Source of the DNA: Macrostomum lignano
Taxonomy: Eukaryota
Direction: 5' to 3'
Assembly: GCA_002269645.1 (NCBI GenBank)
Contig: NIVC01002733.1
Coordinates: 1 to 64,000, forward strand
Length of the DNA: 64,000 nt
Shown: positions 26,654 to 40,890 of the stretch, in pieces
Layout of the letters: every line of letters starts with the position of its first letter
How positions within the stretch are numbered: position 1 is the first letter of the stretch
Notes under the pieces: model-generated
Databases searched by the model: none
Seen by the model: only the letters and a program-made list of their open reading frames with translations
What the model was told of the DNA's origin: nothing
Made by a program: the position numbers and the translations under genes

Positions 26654-29600
26654 GATGCCGATTTAAAATCCTATTTGAACTCCATTATATTATTGCACGT
26701 ACGATTGACTGATTGTGATTTATTAATTAACTGAACAAAGACTAAAGTAATTCAAGCCGAGCTTCTTATGGCTTTTGCTTGATAAGAAGAATAATTATAA
26801 TTAACTACAAGTATGATATTAATAATAAGTTTAAATGTTTGTGAATTCGAACTTTATTTTAATAGGCTTTGTTTGTAAAATCGACCCGAGTATAACAAAT
26901 ATCATTAAACAGGTTTGCCTAATACAAATTTGTCTGCCTCTCTATCTCACTTATGCTCTGATTTTCCAAATACACCAGTTCTCTCTATATAATCTTTCCT
27001 GTTTTTGTTTAAATACGAATTATAATAAGCTAATATGTCATATTTATATATCATTTTGCTATTCTATAAATTTATGCAACATTGCATGCCGGCAGTAAGC
27101 TTATTATAATTCGATATATTATTCAGCTAGGACTTCAACTTTGCTTTATATTTTATACCTTATAAAACATGTCTTCATTTACTTATACATTAAATGTAAT
27201 TGTTCGTTTCTTGGTTCTCTGAGCACTTCAGCAGCGACTGTAAGGCAACCTCGTCCTGCGGTTCAGAAAGCTTCATTATTGTCTGTCGTAATCCTTGCTG
27301 GTCAGAGAACTTTCAAAGACTTCATGGTGTATATTTTAATCAGATGTTTCCACCTTTTATATTACTATAATTGCACTTTACACGCACAATAACATTTAGT
27401 GACAAAGTTAAATTCAGATTATATATTTCTATAATAATATGAGCGTACATGAATATAATGCACATTTTCTGGTCTATTTAAACAAATACTATTGGCTGTA
27501 TTTTCAATTTTTCTTGACGTGCATCGATATAGTCAGTGTTTACAGTGTTTTGTTACCAACAATTTGCAAAAATGTAGTTCTTACTGATTACATGTATTTA
27601 ATCGCATGCATTAATGAAAATTTATCAATTTATAACAATCCAAGATTTATCAACTGTTTTGCCCAAACAACCTGCTGTATCGACTTTTTTAATCATCTTT
27701 GTCCCTCCCTAGTACGCTCTAATTGAACACCTTTTTTAAGTTTTTGTAATGTTTGATTTGTTTCTATATCGGTAACATATTTTAGTAAGCTATTACAAAA
27801 AGTATAACATTCTTATAGCAATACGAATTATAAATTTTATCATTCAGACTATATGCGCTATTAACCAGTAAATATTCCCCATTATAATATACCTATCCAT
27901 TTTTCTGGGATGCGTCCAAAAAGCAAGAATTATACACAAGAATTATGCATGGTTTTTTCTGTACCTGGCTTATAGTGTATGATTTTTTGCCCCCAGTTAT
28001 AATTTCTAATCAATTTTTAAGCCAGATCGAACAGCATGATTAGATGAAACATAATTGTACCTTTTATTGAGCGCCGAATAAGTAAAAGAATTAAATGTAT
28101 GTACGAGTATTGTTAAAAAATCTGTTTTTACGCTAACCAATTGGCACATGACCAAATTCAACAGTTATAAATATACGATAATATATAGACTTATATATAA
28201 TATATACTATCGGAATAAATTCAAAATGTCTTTAAAAATTGAACTATTGCCAAAAAGGGAATTTTAATGGCACGTTGCTTCGTCGCACCAGTATTGCAAT
28301 ATTAACAACTTCGAGCAGGATTGCTTGTAATTAATATTTATTATTTGTTGCTGTATACTAATTCACTTCTTGTGTAAGATAACAAAGAATTAAGTAGGTT
28401 AACCCGTGGTGCTACTGGGGTGCCATCTTTTGTGGGGTGGATTTCGAAAAAATAGGGCCAGAGGATCGAGTAGCTAGGATAAAGTATGATCAATAAAGGG
28501 GCTCATGTCGAAAATCTGCTGGAATATATTCCCTGATTTAATAAAAGATTAAAAGACACCAAAATGGGGAAGCATTGAAATTTTGGCAGATTTCTAAGAT
28601 TTTATGGACCCTAGCTACGCCCAGTTTTGGGTTTAATGCAGGTATTCGTAAAATGCATGTTTTGATTCCATCATGGTAATCTTAGTGTTAAAAACTCCTT
28701 GAAAATTCTCTGATCTCTGCAACCCTTATTTCGAGACAAAATTTACTACGTAGATTAGAACCCGTTAAACTAAACATGAAAATCAAATTAGTTTTCTTTA
28801 TTACATGGACTATAAAAAGTTTACACGTTACTTGTAATTTTGAAATATGCCTATTTGTATTATCAAATGTATCAGAAGACCAAAAAATAAAAAAGTTATG
28901 TTAAAACTTCTTTTAAAAACTCTTGAAAAAAACAATTACGTTTTAAAGGTTTGCTGAAACAAACCATCTTAAATACTTTTGTTAACACTTCCTTTTGCGG
29001 AATCTAGAAGGTTCTAAGAAAAAACTTTGAATTTTCGTGAGTTTTATTGTAGATATCTCGAACATCCGTTTAATCAGTGATTGCAATTTGCATTCAGGCT
29101 GCCTCATTCTGTCAATTAAAGCTTAAATAAAGGTGTTGGTTTGCTCAGATAAATTATAAGACAAATCCAACAGGATTCCTTGCCAGACAGGAAAAATACA
29201 GACCTGAGCCCTGACTGATGGAGATGCAGTGATAAGGGAAGTAGGCCCATTAATACTAGTATTCTTTCTTTATGCCAGTGACAATGAAAATTACTGTAAA
29301 ACTTTTATTGTTTAAAGGCTAAGGTTGCTAGAAATAGATTGATTTTAAATTCACAATAATTTGCCTTGGCTTGGCATTGGCACGCCACACAATTCCTAAG
29401 ACCTAATCTTTAAAATTGCCTTTTTTAATTTCAAAGAAAAATCAACCAAAAAGATGTTCACTTAGAGTCTTACTCTTAGATAGTTATAGTTGTTTGTTAA
29501 GCACTCATCCAATTAGCTATTTGTCCATTTAAATTGCTGTAAACTTTTAGCCAAAGTTTCAAAGAAAGAAGTAACTAAAAAGTCTATAGGCCCCCCTAAC

Positions 29601-29654
29601 AATATTTAAGAAACTGTTTTGTTCAAATCTTAATTTTCTACCTTTTTGTCAGCA

Positions 29655-32600
29655 ATGACTCTTCCTGGAAATGTTCTTGAAGTTAAGAGTAGAGTAAGTA
29701 TTGATTTCATTAATAATTTGCAATTTTTCATTTTCATTTTATTTATCTTTTTGTATAAAATTCATAATATTTTAAATCAATCATTCAAATAGTTTATTAT
29801 CAATTGTATGCAAAAAAGCTTAGTTAAAATCTTATATAGCTTTAATATGTAATGACTACTAGTATCAAGATGTGTACCAATATATACTCTATACCATAGT
29901 CTGGATCATGCTAGGTGTATGCCTAAACAAAAATTGAATTATTACAAATGCATGCCAATAAAAAATTTGTGCATGCCCATTCTCAAAATTATGCCAATGT
30001 TGCAATAATAAATGACCTTTTTACGTTGTGACAATAAATGACCTTTTTTAAATTGCTTAATAAACCTTAATTAGCAAATAATTTGGTTGATTTTTATGCT
30101 TCTTTGGAAATTTATTTACAGTGGAAAATTGATACATGTAAAGATTTGTTTAAATGCTTTATTGCAAGCTTGAAAAAACTAGAAAGCTTGAAATTTACGC
30201 CTAAAAATAAACTTCTTTCATTTTTTCTACTTTATAATAACTCTTATGGGCATTTCCGCCAAATAGGGACACAAATTGTGTCCGAGTGTGCAAAGAAGAA
30301 GAAAAATGTTGAAAACAGGAAATCTAACTAGAATTTGTTATTAAATTTCTTTTTTTATCTTGTAGAAGCACAAGAAATTTTCTGGTAACAATAAAAGTTG
30401 CCGATAAAAGTTATACTGATCTAAGAAGACGATTAATACCGTAGGAGCATAAAATTTTATATTGAGGCGTAATTGCTTGCTTATAATTAACTTTCTTTCA
30501 GTCAATATTTTTTTAATTGTTTCTTAATGCTTTTAATCAACTTTTTAATTCAGATTTTGTTATTTTTGCGCATAAGTTCATACGATATTTTTTAACTTTG
30601 TCAAAATGTTTTTTTCTGCGTGATATACCGAACGTAAATCTCTAATTTTACTTTTCAGTAACTAGCCGATCACCGTAATTATTCAGAAGTTCCAGTGCAA
30701 CTTTGCAAGCAGCAAGAAATGCATATGCTTCCACAATCTAGAGAAAGTTTTTCTGAAGCAATATTACAAGTAAATGTGGGGAAAATTGATTTAGTACTAT
30801 GTAAATTAATATCTACATACTATAGTGCAAAATGTAAATTACATTTTTATTGATAAATAAACAAGAAATTAATGTGAAAATGTTTTATTTTCCAGCTTTT
30901 ATACTTAATGATAGTCTTCTAAGACTGATTTTGAGAAAAAAAACTAGCGAAAAAAAAATAAAGGGTACAACATGAAAATACATCTCGTGTAAGTAGTGTG
31001 CTTACTACATTTAAATGTTAATATTTAAGGTATTTTGACAGATTAAGGTTCAGCAGACCACTTTTTGTGAAGCTCTGTATGTCGGCAATCCATAAATATA
31101 TCGTTTTCAGCTAATGAAAAGCACTAAAAAAAATTATTGGGTACAACATGAGTACAATCTTGTGGTTAAGATGTCACATCGAAAAAAATTAATGTCTTAG
31201 AAAAATGTATTAAGCGAATTCTATTGCTAAAAAATATACTGATGCATCATCGCAAAGATGTTTTCCTTCATTTAAGCTAAAAAACGTGTAGATTGAAAGC
31301 CTTATGAGTAAATTAGAGGGTACAACATGAGTACAAACGATACAAAAACTTACCGTTTATAATTTTTGGTATAGCAAGAAAACTGACAAAAATCAATGAT
31401 TTCTTGCAGGTGTTGTGACGAAAAGGAATGATTTTAACAAAGTTTAATGTGTTTTTTTCATGAAACAAAGAGAATTACTATCAACAATGTTTTTTTTGCT
31501 CTTTTATTCAATGTTGAAGTTAAAAATTGTGTGTTTGGACATCCAAAAAAGTGGCGTCTACGTAAGTTTAAAATGGTTTATTCAACATTAATTTTGCGAT
31601 TAACAATCTTTAAATAGCTTTAAATTGAGCAAAAGTGGTTGTATTTTTCAGTTTAAGTCCTTGTTTGACTTCAATTAGCTGGCTTAAGCTACAATTCATC
31701 ATTTTCTGTTTGTTGAAGTGTAATTTTCCGATAGTGCCTAATTGGCGGAAATGCCCTTATGCATGATTAGTATGATTCTATAAAGTGCATGCCAGGTGTG
31801 CATGCATACTATTTTCCCTAGAGTGATGCATGCCAACTGTGCTTGCCTAATTTTGGTGTGCAAGGCCAATGTATACTCAAATTTTTGGGTGTATATGATC
31901 TGGAGTGTGGTATATACTAGAATATCTTATATATCAATGTATACCATTAGATTTGTTATCCCATATGAAAATGCTAAGACGAAAAGGATAAGTGTCAAAT
32001 TATATTTCAGTCTATTATTTTTTCATTTTTGCAAAAAAGGTAAATAGAAAATCATTAGTATTTTTCAAACTATAAAGAACTGGTTTTATTTAAATCATTT
32101 TTGTTTTATTTTCAACTTTCTAAAAAAATTGAATCCAATTTTTAATTTAATTGTACATTAATTTTTTGGGAGTTACAATATATTCTTTTTGATCAAAATT
32201 TAGCTATCCTAACTATGCACATAGAGACTTTGCTAAACTACGTAAATTTGGTCCTTTTTGTTTACTAGTTTGTTTACTAGTTGTATACATTGGTTGAGAC
32301 TCTGAACTTGGTCCTAACTATTATCTTGGCAATCTTTGTATACCAAGATATATACTTGGGCTAGGCCCCTCTGTATACCAAATTGTACTCCAATAATATA
32401 TTTTAAGTCCTTCTATTCATTAGAATTTTCTAATGTATATGCATATTATCTGGAGTCTAGAATGAGTAGAATAAAGTTCTACCATAACCAAAGTTTCCTA
32501 TATATATACCCATATCTAGACTAATGCTAGTAGACTATATCAGATAGAGCAATAAATAAGGCAATAAGTAGAGCTAGAGGCTAGAGCATTTTCTGATACC

Positions 32601-35600
32601 ATTTCTTATCCTTTTTAGCCCTAAACATCATTTTCTACCATGGCACTATGTTGCAGCACCAATTCAAACATTAAAATATCCCATAACAAACTAGAAGATT
32701 GCCATAATATCATAGTCCCAAATAGTCATATAAATAACAAATCTTGACTTTTTGAAATATCAAAACTAAGATTAAGATTTAAAAAAGTGCCAAGACCTTG
32801 ATGATTAAGAATAAGATCAAGATCTTGACTTTTTGAAATATCAAAACTAAGATTAAGATTTAAAAAAGTGCCAAGACCTTGATGATTAAGAATAAGATCA
32901 AGATCTTATCCAACCCCTAGACCTTTTTGATTATTCTCTCTCTCTTTTCTACTCTTTTCTATTCCCTTTTCCCTCCTCTTTTCTTTTCCCTCTCTTCATT
33001 GCCCCTTTTTTCTTCTCTCTCCTTTCTTCCCTTTTCCCTATTTTCTTTCTTCTCTTCTTTTCTTTTTCTCTTTCCTAACTAGAGATGTTCCAAAAAGCAA
33101 ATTTTTTGTCAAAATTGAAATCGAAATTGAAATTTTCCAAAATCAAAATTCAGAAAAACAAAGTTTAGTAAAACCGACACTCACTTTTCTACTTTCGATT
33201 TACTGCTCATACAAAACAAAATACATGTATATTTAGCAAAAGTTTGTTCATTTTCAGCCACTAAATAAGTAGAATCCCTCATTGCCACTTTTAAATGCAA
33301 AAAAAATTTTGACACAAAAACCACATACTGAGTTGTACGTGTATAAAATGTACAGTTAAAATGTACAATTATCACTGCATGACTAGCAATAACTGATATT
33401 GTGTAAATGATAATGCATGTACATGTACAGTAAATGTACATATATGTACTGTAAAATGCGAAAAATATGCAATAATCTGCAGATGCTTTTGCAGCTTTAA
33501 AGTGCAACAAAATTTACAAAAATTTACAGTTCCACAAACTACATGTTACATGTCCTACATGCATGGAATAGTTTTAACAAATTCAAATAGTTTTACATGT
33601 AAAAATTGTAATAATACCCTGGTATCACCGATAAAAGACAGTAACAAAGTACTAAAAAAACTAAAATTGGATAAAAAATATCGGAAGTAGGCACTTCCAA
33701 AATTTTGACTTCCAAAATTTTTTCAAAATCAAAATTTGTTCTAAAAAAATCCAAATTTTGGAAAATTGAAATCAAAATTGAAATTTCGGAACATCTCTAC
33801 TCCTAACAAATCTTTTCTTAAATTGTTCAAGTAACTAAAGTAACAAAATCTCCAAGTTTTACCAAGATCTTCTGTGAGGGCAATGGCCTACTTATCAGTT
33901 GATTTCCAAGAAGCCTCCTTTGCAATCTAGTTTTTTGATAGTGGCAAATGCTGGGCAGCTTCCTTATTGGCTTTATTTGTCTTAACTTAAGCCCCCACCA
34001 TCCCAACCAAAATTATTGATATTGAAACAAGTGTTGATAATAAATCCTTGATTTTTATGCATTAAAATAAAATGTTGAAGAATAAACAAAAATTCTATTT
34101 TTAAACAGTTTGGCGCTGAGTTCCGTCGATTCTCAATAACCAAGGCAGAGTACAGCTTTGGCAGCAGCAACAGCAGCATCGATCCATTCAACAAATTCTA
34201 CCTCCTATTGCAACAGTTGCACCTGCTCTCTGATCAGCCATTTCTAATATTCTATTCTGCCCGAGATGATGATGTTTTGCCAATTAACAATGCTGACAAT
34301 CTGGCACATGCTGTGTCCAATGCAAATGGTCTGCTCAGGTTGCAAGTGAGTGTTTCACACAGTGTCTACTATGACCAAATTTAAACCCTAAACATTCAAG
34401 ACTGACAATAAATATAGAGCAGTGTACATTGTTTACAGTAATTTACAGTGGATTTTTACAGCATTGTACACACTTGGTGTTTGTAGCAATATTCAGTGGG
34501 CTTTGTACTTACAAGTATAAATAGATGTATGAATAATTATAGCAATGTACACTAGGTATGTACGATAATATACAGTGGGTATTTATGGCACGTACAGTAG
34601 GTATTTAGAGCAATGTAAACTGGGCATTGCATCATTGTGCGCTTGGGTATTTACAGCAATTGAGAGTGGGTATTTACAGCAATTGAGAGTGGGTATTTAC
34701 AGCAATTGAGAGTGGGTATTTACAGCAACGTACACTGAGTATTTACAGCAATGTACACTGGGTATTTACAGCAACGTACACTGAGTATTTACAGCAATGT
34801 ACACTGGGTATTTACAGCAACGTACACTGAGTATTTACAGCAATGTACACTGGGTATTTACAGCAATGTACACTGGGTATTTACAGCAATGTACACTGAG
34901 TATTTACAGCAATGTACACTGGGTATTTACAGCAATGTACACTGAGTATTTACAGCAATGTACACTGGGTATTTACAGCAATGTACACTGAGTATTTACA
35001 GCAATGTACACTGGGTATTTACAGCAATGTACACTGAGTATTTACAGCAATGTGCACTGGGTATTTACAGCAATGTACACTGGGTATTTACAGCATTGTA
35101 CACTGGGTATCTACAGCAATGTACATCTGCAATTGTACAGTCTAAAACCGTCCGAGTTCCCTGGAAACCCCCGCAGGTATTCCGCAAAGAAGAGTACACC
35201 GGCTACCTGTCAGATCTACCGCAGACCCGGCGTCATCAGAAATCCCGTTTCGCCGTCGGCCCTTTCGCGTCATCCTCTTCGTCTAGCGCCGCTGCGCCTG
35301 CGCCCAACCGTCGAATCACCGTGCTGGAAGATTTCCGCAAAGTGTCCTCAATTATTGATGTAGACATTGTGCCGGAGTCCTATCGCCGCGTGAAGCTGAT
35401 GCGCAGCAGCTCGAAGCCGCTGGGATTCTACATTCGCGACGGCACGTCGATCCGCGTGACGCCGAACGGCATAGAAAAAGTGCCGGCAATTTTTATATCA
35501 CGCCTTATGCAGGGCGGCTTAGCCGAGAGCACCGGACTGCTGGCTGTGAACGATGAGGTTATTGAGGTCAACGGGATCGAGGTCACCGGCAAGACCTTGG

Positions 35601-36292
35601 ATCAGGTAGCAGATTATCCTAATTAATCACTCATCAGGTAGCAGATTATCCTAATTAATCACTCATCAGGTAGCAGATTATCCTAATTAATCACTCATCA
35701 GGTAGCAGATTATCCTTAATAATCCCCACCAGGTAGCAGATTATCCTTATTAATCCCCACCAGGTAGCAGATTATCCTTATTAATCCCCACCAGGTAGCA
35801 GATTATCCTTATTAATCCCCACCAGGTAGCAGATTATCCTAATTAATCACCCACCAGGTAGCAGATTATCCTAATTAATCCCCACCAGGTAGCAGATTAT
35901 CCTAATTAATCCGTATCAGGTAGCCGATTATCTCAATTAATCCCACCAGGTAGCAGATTAATCCAAAGGCAATCCGCACCCGCCCTCAGGTAACGGACAT
36001 GATGGTGGCAAACAGCTCCAATCTAATCCTCACTACAAAGCCAGTGAATCAGAGCACCTGTCTGCAAACAAACCGCCGTTCTCGCGCCAGCCAATTGTCG
36101 CACGAATCCAACTCGGACGCTCGCAGTTACCATAGCGACAGCGGCGGCATCTCTCGAGGCGGCATCGGAGCCGGCAGCTATCGTCAGGTGCAGGCGTCAG
36201 CAGCCGCGGCGCCCGGAGTACCTCGTCATCACGCACACAGTGGCTCATTGCCAACGGCGGCTGCCTACGGTGCACCGGATGACACCCTGTGA
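29655..36292 (+). CDS. PARD6: Partitioning defective protein 6 (PB1, semi-CRIB, PDZ), 347 aa, 4 exons
   Basis: Exons 29655-29693 ([13 protein letters not shown]), 34109-34345 (FGAEFRRF...LPINN, PB1), 35141-35605 ([44 protein letters not shown]), 35990-36292. All phase 0; total 1044 nt. Confidence 0.95.
30248..31756. mobile_element. Non-autonomous TIR element (~1.5 kb), superfamily uncertain (PIF/Harbinger- or Tc1-like)
   Basis: Perfect 15-bp inverted termini GGGCATTTCCGCCAA (30248-30262) and TTGGCGGAAATGCCC (31742-31756), with T/A-rich flanks. No transposase ORF. Confidence 0.7.
33080..33799. mobile_element. Non-autonomous hAT-type element (720 bp)
   Basis: 12-bp perfect TIR TAGAGATGTTCC. 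8-bp flanks TTCCTAAC and CTCCTAAC (7/8 identical). Subterminal AAAATTGAAAT repeats. Confidence 0.8.
34650..35140. repeat. Intronic 23-bp minisatellite (CAGCAATGTACACTGGGTATTTA) ending at the par-6 exon 3 acceptor
   Basis: Direct repetition. Confidence 0.95.
35606..35989 (+). repeat. par-6 intron 3, composed of 31-32-bp GT...AG tandem units
   Basis: Unit GTAGCAGATTATCCTAATTAATCACTCATCAG; 12 CAG|GTAG junctions including the true donor. Confidence 0.95.
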
Positions 36293-36689
36293 TGCTGTGC
36301 TGGTTGATTGGATGTTGATTGACGCTTAAAAATAATGTAAATTCATTCCATTAATTATCTTAAAATTATCCTATAATATTGTTTATTTTTACAAATGTAG
36401 CACTTTCTGATGATGCCGATGGTTATCAATTGTAATTTAGAGTTGATTTTTTTGTTAAACCATTTTTTTATCGGAATCTACACTGTCTTGCTTATATATA
36501 ATATAGTTGCATAATGTCTAGTTGTATGTTAATAGCTGTCCAGCTTATGTAGTCGGTCGATGCACTTTTATAAATTATCTTATCTAGTGAAGTCATAAGA
36601 GGTACTGGGTTGTCTCAATTAGTCGCATCACGTGTTTTTTAATTAGTGATAAATTCTTACGGAATGAGAATGTGATTTTGAAGCGCTTA

Positions 36690-37545
36690 ATCCTTCCAAG
36701 GGAGATAGGTGAGATTTTGAAGAGACACTTCTGCCTAAAGGGGTGAGATTTTGAAGAGACAATTCTGTTTAAAGGGTGAGATTTTGAAGAGACACTTCTG
36801 TCTAAAAGAGTGAGATTTTGAAGAGACACTTCTGCCTAAAGAGATGAGATTTTGAAGAGACACTTCTGTCTAAAGGGGTGAGATTTTAAAAAGACACTTC
36901 TGTCTATAGGGGTGAGATTTTGAAAAGACACTTCGGTCTATAGGGGTGGAATTTTGAACAGACACTTCTGTCTATAGGGGTGAGATTTTGAAAAGACACT
37001 TCTGTCTAAAGGGGTGAGACTTTGAAAAGACACTTCGGTCTATAGGGGTGAGATTTTGAACAGACACTTCTGTCTATAGGGGTGAGATTTTGAACAGACA
37101 CTTCTGTCTAAAGGGTTGAGACTTTGAAAAGACACTTCGGTCTATAGGGGTGAGATTTTGAAAAGACACTTCTGTCTATAGGAGTGAGATTTTGAACAGA
37201 CACTTCTGTCTAAAGGGGTGAGATTTTGAAAAGACACTTCGGTCTATAGGGGTGAGATTTTGAAAAGACACTTCTGTCTAAAGGGGTGAGACTTTGAAAA
37301 GACACTTCTGTCTATAGGGGTGAGATTTTGAAAAGACACTTCTGTCTATAGGGGTGAGATTTTGAAAAGACACTTCTGTCTATAGGGATGAGATTTCGAA
37401 GAGACACTTCTGTCTATAGGGATGAGATTTCGAAGAGACACTTCTGTCTATAGGGATGAGATTTCGAAGAGACACTTCTGTCTATAGGGATGAGATTTCG
37501 AAGAGACGCTTCTGTCTAAAGGGGTGAGATTTTGAAGAGACACTG
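36690..37545. repeat. 34-bp minisatellite (GGGGTGAGATTTTGAAAAGACACTTCTGTCTATA)
   Basis: About 25 units downstream of par-6. Confidence 0.95.
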
Positions 37546-38149
37546 ATTTTGGCGTTCAATTTCAAATAGCGTCCTTTACTAATCCAGCACATTCCCACGC
37601 TACTGTTGAACAGTTTCTGCCAATTAATATTTATCTCTATCGGGTTATTATTTTACTTACAACTTAAAAATTTTTGGTATTCCAGTGACTTTATTTAATC
37701 TGTGTAATGTTATGGCTGTAAAATTATTTTCAGTAAATCCAAGTGTTTGAATTTTTCTAATTCTCTGCACATTTTCACTTACTTGCCTATGAAACAGGGT
37801 TGGATTTGTCTGCAGCCTTCTATCTACAGTTTTGTATTAGTGAAATATTTATAAATATTTTCAATCCATTCCCAGCTTGTGCGGAACATTTCCTGATTGA
37901 TTTCTTTAACTTGTGTAATTTTCATTTTCATTGCTCCCGTGTGCTTATAAATTCTGGACTAACTGTTTTTGGTTAATTGTTCTCACTGTATCCTACCTGT
38001 GTGTGAGAATAGATATACGAGAATTAATATTTTTTCATACTATTTTGTGCTTAATTGTATTTGATTTTATTGAATCGCTTCTTCTCAAACTGAAATTCCA
38101 TCTCTACTATTTATTGCTGCACTGTGGACTGCTTATTGCCTTCGTATTT

Positions 38150-38277
38150 ACTGTCCGTGTCTGTCTTACTGTCTGTCTGTTTGTCTGTCTGTCTCTGTCT
38201 GTCTGAATGTCTTAGTGTCTGTCTGTGTGTCTGTATGTCTGTCTGTCTGTCTGTCTTAGTGTCTGTCTGTCTGTCTA

Positions 38278-38308
<31 letters not shown>

Positions 38309-38538
38309 TAGTGTCTGTCTGTCTTAGTGTCTGTCTTAATGTCTGTCTTAGTGTCTGTCTGTCTTAGTGTCTGTCTTAATGTCTGTCTTAGTGTCTGTCT
38401 TTCTGTCTGTTTTCTGTCTGTCTGAATGCCTGTCTGTCTGTCTGCCTGCCTGTCTGTCTGTCTTAGTATCTGTCTTAATGTCTGTCTGTGTCTCTGTTTG
38501 TCTGTCTTAGTGTCTGTCTGTCTGTCTCTGCCTATCTC

Positions 38539-38576
<38 letters not shown>

Positions 38577-38580
38577 ACTC
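38150..38580. repeat. Degenerate (TCTG)n microsatellite
   Basis: Direct repetition. Confidence 0.9.
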
Positions 38581-39589
38581 CTCTGTCTCCACTGCATGCC
38601 CCTCTAGCAGATGTGTTATATTGAGTCTGCCTTAGCCTCGCTCTCAATCATGAGATTAATAGTCTGTACGCACTGTTAAAAGTGCAGCCTTAATTTTGCT
38701 ACTATGCTATCCTACTTACAATTGTGTCGGCATTAGCTGTCGTGTAATTCTGTATAATCTCTGCACCAGACAAGACCCAGTTTGCATGCTTTGAATAAGA
38801 ATTAACAACCAACAATTCTCCAGCTTAAATAAACCATGCATATCAAACAGGAGGATTTTAGTTTAGCAAGTTGAGGAAAAAAACAGACAAATCGAATGCA
38901 CTTAAAAGTAATTTTGTTTATTTATTTGTGCTTTAAATTAGTAGTGAAAAGATCCAACAATTCGCTTATTATAAATTATAAGCCATGTGCGCAGTTTCAA
39001 TTCTCTAAGCTTAGCCTTAATGTAGCAATTTTAATCCATAATATACTACATTTTCCCTAGGCTTTTCACCCTAGGTTATTGCGAGATTTTTTCTTGTTTC
39101 TATTTATAGCATATTTTAGGCACCGGCTTTGTAAAAGGCGTGTTTGTTTTAGCTTGGAATATGGCAATACTAGTATTAGGGTTATCTAGACACCTGAGGG
39201 CCAATTAGCAATTAGCATTGGTACATTGCGAGGCGCCATTTTACCTGTAGTTAGGATTGGAGTCTCATTAATGGTATGCATGCTGTATATTCTATAGGTG
39301 CTATACCTACAGAGGCAAATATTCTATTGGCTAATTATTTCATTTTAATGCAGTATTTTTATCGATTGACTGCATAGCCTATGCGAATATCTGTTTCGGC
39401 TCGATCGGAGCAGAATTATACAGGATTTTTTGCAGTAAATATGCTGCGCTACTAAAACACTGTGCAATACGCCTTTGATAGTACTGGCTTAGTAGTAGTG
39501 GAACATGTTTCTTCTCATTTTTACTCTCGGCACCAGGAAATTATATCGTTTTTCTAAGCTATTGAAACTGATTGACAAGTGATCGTTTC

Positions 39590-40801
39590 CCCACCTCTCT
39601 CCTCTCTTCCCCCTTTCTCCCTTTGTATCTCTGTCCTATCTGTCCCCCTTCTGTCCCGTCTGCCTCTCTCCCCCTATCTCCTCTCCCTAACTCACTATCT
39701 CCTCCCCCTCTCTCCTCTCCCACCCCCTGTATCCCCCTATCTCCTCTCCCTAACTCACTATCTCCTCCCCCTCTCTCCCTCTCCCACCCCCTGTATCCCC
39801 CTATCTCCTCTCCCTAACTCACTATCTCCTCTCCCTCTCCCACCCCTGTATCCCCCTATCTCCTCTCCCTAACTCACTATCTCCTCCCCCTCTCTCCTCT
39901 CCCACCCCCTGTATCCCCCTATCTCCTCTCCCTAACTCACTATCTCCTCTCCCTCTCCCACCCCCTGTATCCCCCTATCTCCTCTCCCTAACTCACTATC
40001 TCCTCCCCCTCTCTCCTCTCCCACCCCCTGTATCCCCCTATCTCCTCTCCCTAACTCACTATCTCCTCCCCCTCTCTCCCTCTCCCACCCCCTGTATCCC
40101 CCTATCTCCTCTCCCTAACTCACTATCTCCTCCCCTCTCTCCTCTCCCACCCCCTGTATCCCCCTATCTCCTCTCCCTAACTCACTATCTCCTCCCCCTC
40201 TCTCCCTCTCCCACCCCCTGTATCCCCCTATCTCCTCTCCCTAACTCACTATCTCCTCTCCCTCTCCCACCCCCTGTATCCCCCTATCTCCTCTCCCTAA
40301 CTCACTATCTCCTCCCCCTCTCTCCCTCTCCCACCCCCTGTATCCCCCTATCTCCTCTCCCTAACTCACTATCTCCTCTCCCTCTCCCACCCCCTGTATC
40401 CCCTATCTCCTCTCCCTAACTCACTATCTCCTCCCCCTCTCTCCTCTCCACCCCCTGTATCCCCCTATCTCCTCTCCCTAACTCACTATCTCCTCCCCCT
40501 CTCTCCTCTCCCACCCCCTGTATCCCCCTATCTCCTCTCCCTAACTCACTATCTCCCTCCCCCTCTCTCCCTCTCCCACCCCCTTTATCCCCCTATCTCC
40601 TCTCCCTAACTCACTATCTCCCTCCCCCTCTCTCCTCTCCCACCCCCTTTATCCCCCTATCTCCTCTCCCTAACTCACTATCTCCCTCCCCCTCTCTCCC
40701 TCTCCCACCCCTGTATCCCCTCTCATCTCCCTCTCTCCCTCTCCCTATCTCACTATCTCCCTCACCCTCTCTCCCTCTCCCATCCCCCCTCTCTCGCTCT
40801 T

Positions 40802-40890
<89 letters not shown>
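39590..40890. repeat. Pyrimidine-rich ~62-66-bp minisatellite followed by (CT)n
   Basis: Unit CCCCCTATCTCCTCTCCCTAACTCACTATCTCCTCCCCCTCTCTCCTCTCCCACCCCCTGTAT. Confidence 0.95.

Noticed and set aside
28398-28640. TTAACCC start suggestive of a piggyBac end
   Set aside because: No matching GGGTTAA partner end found nearby.
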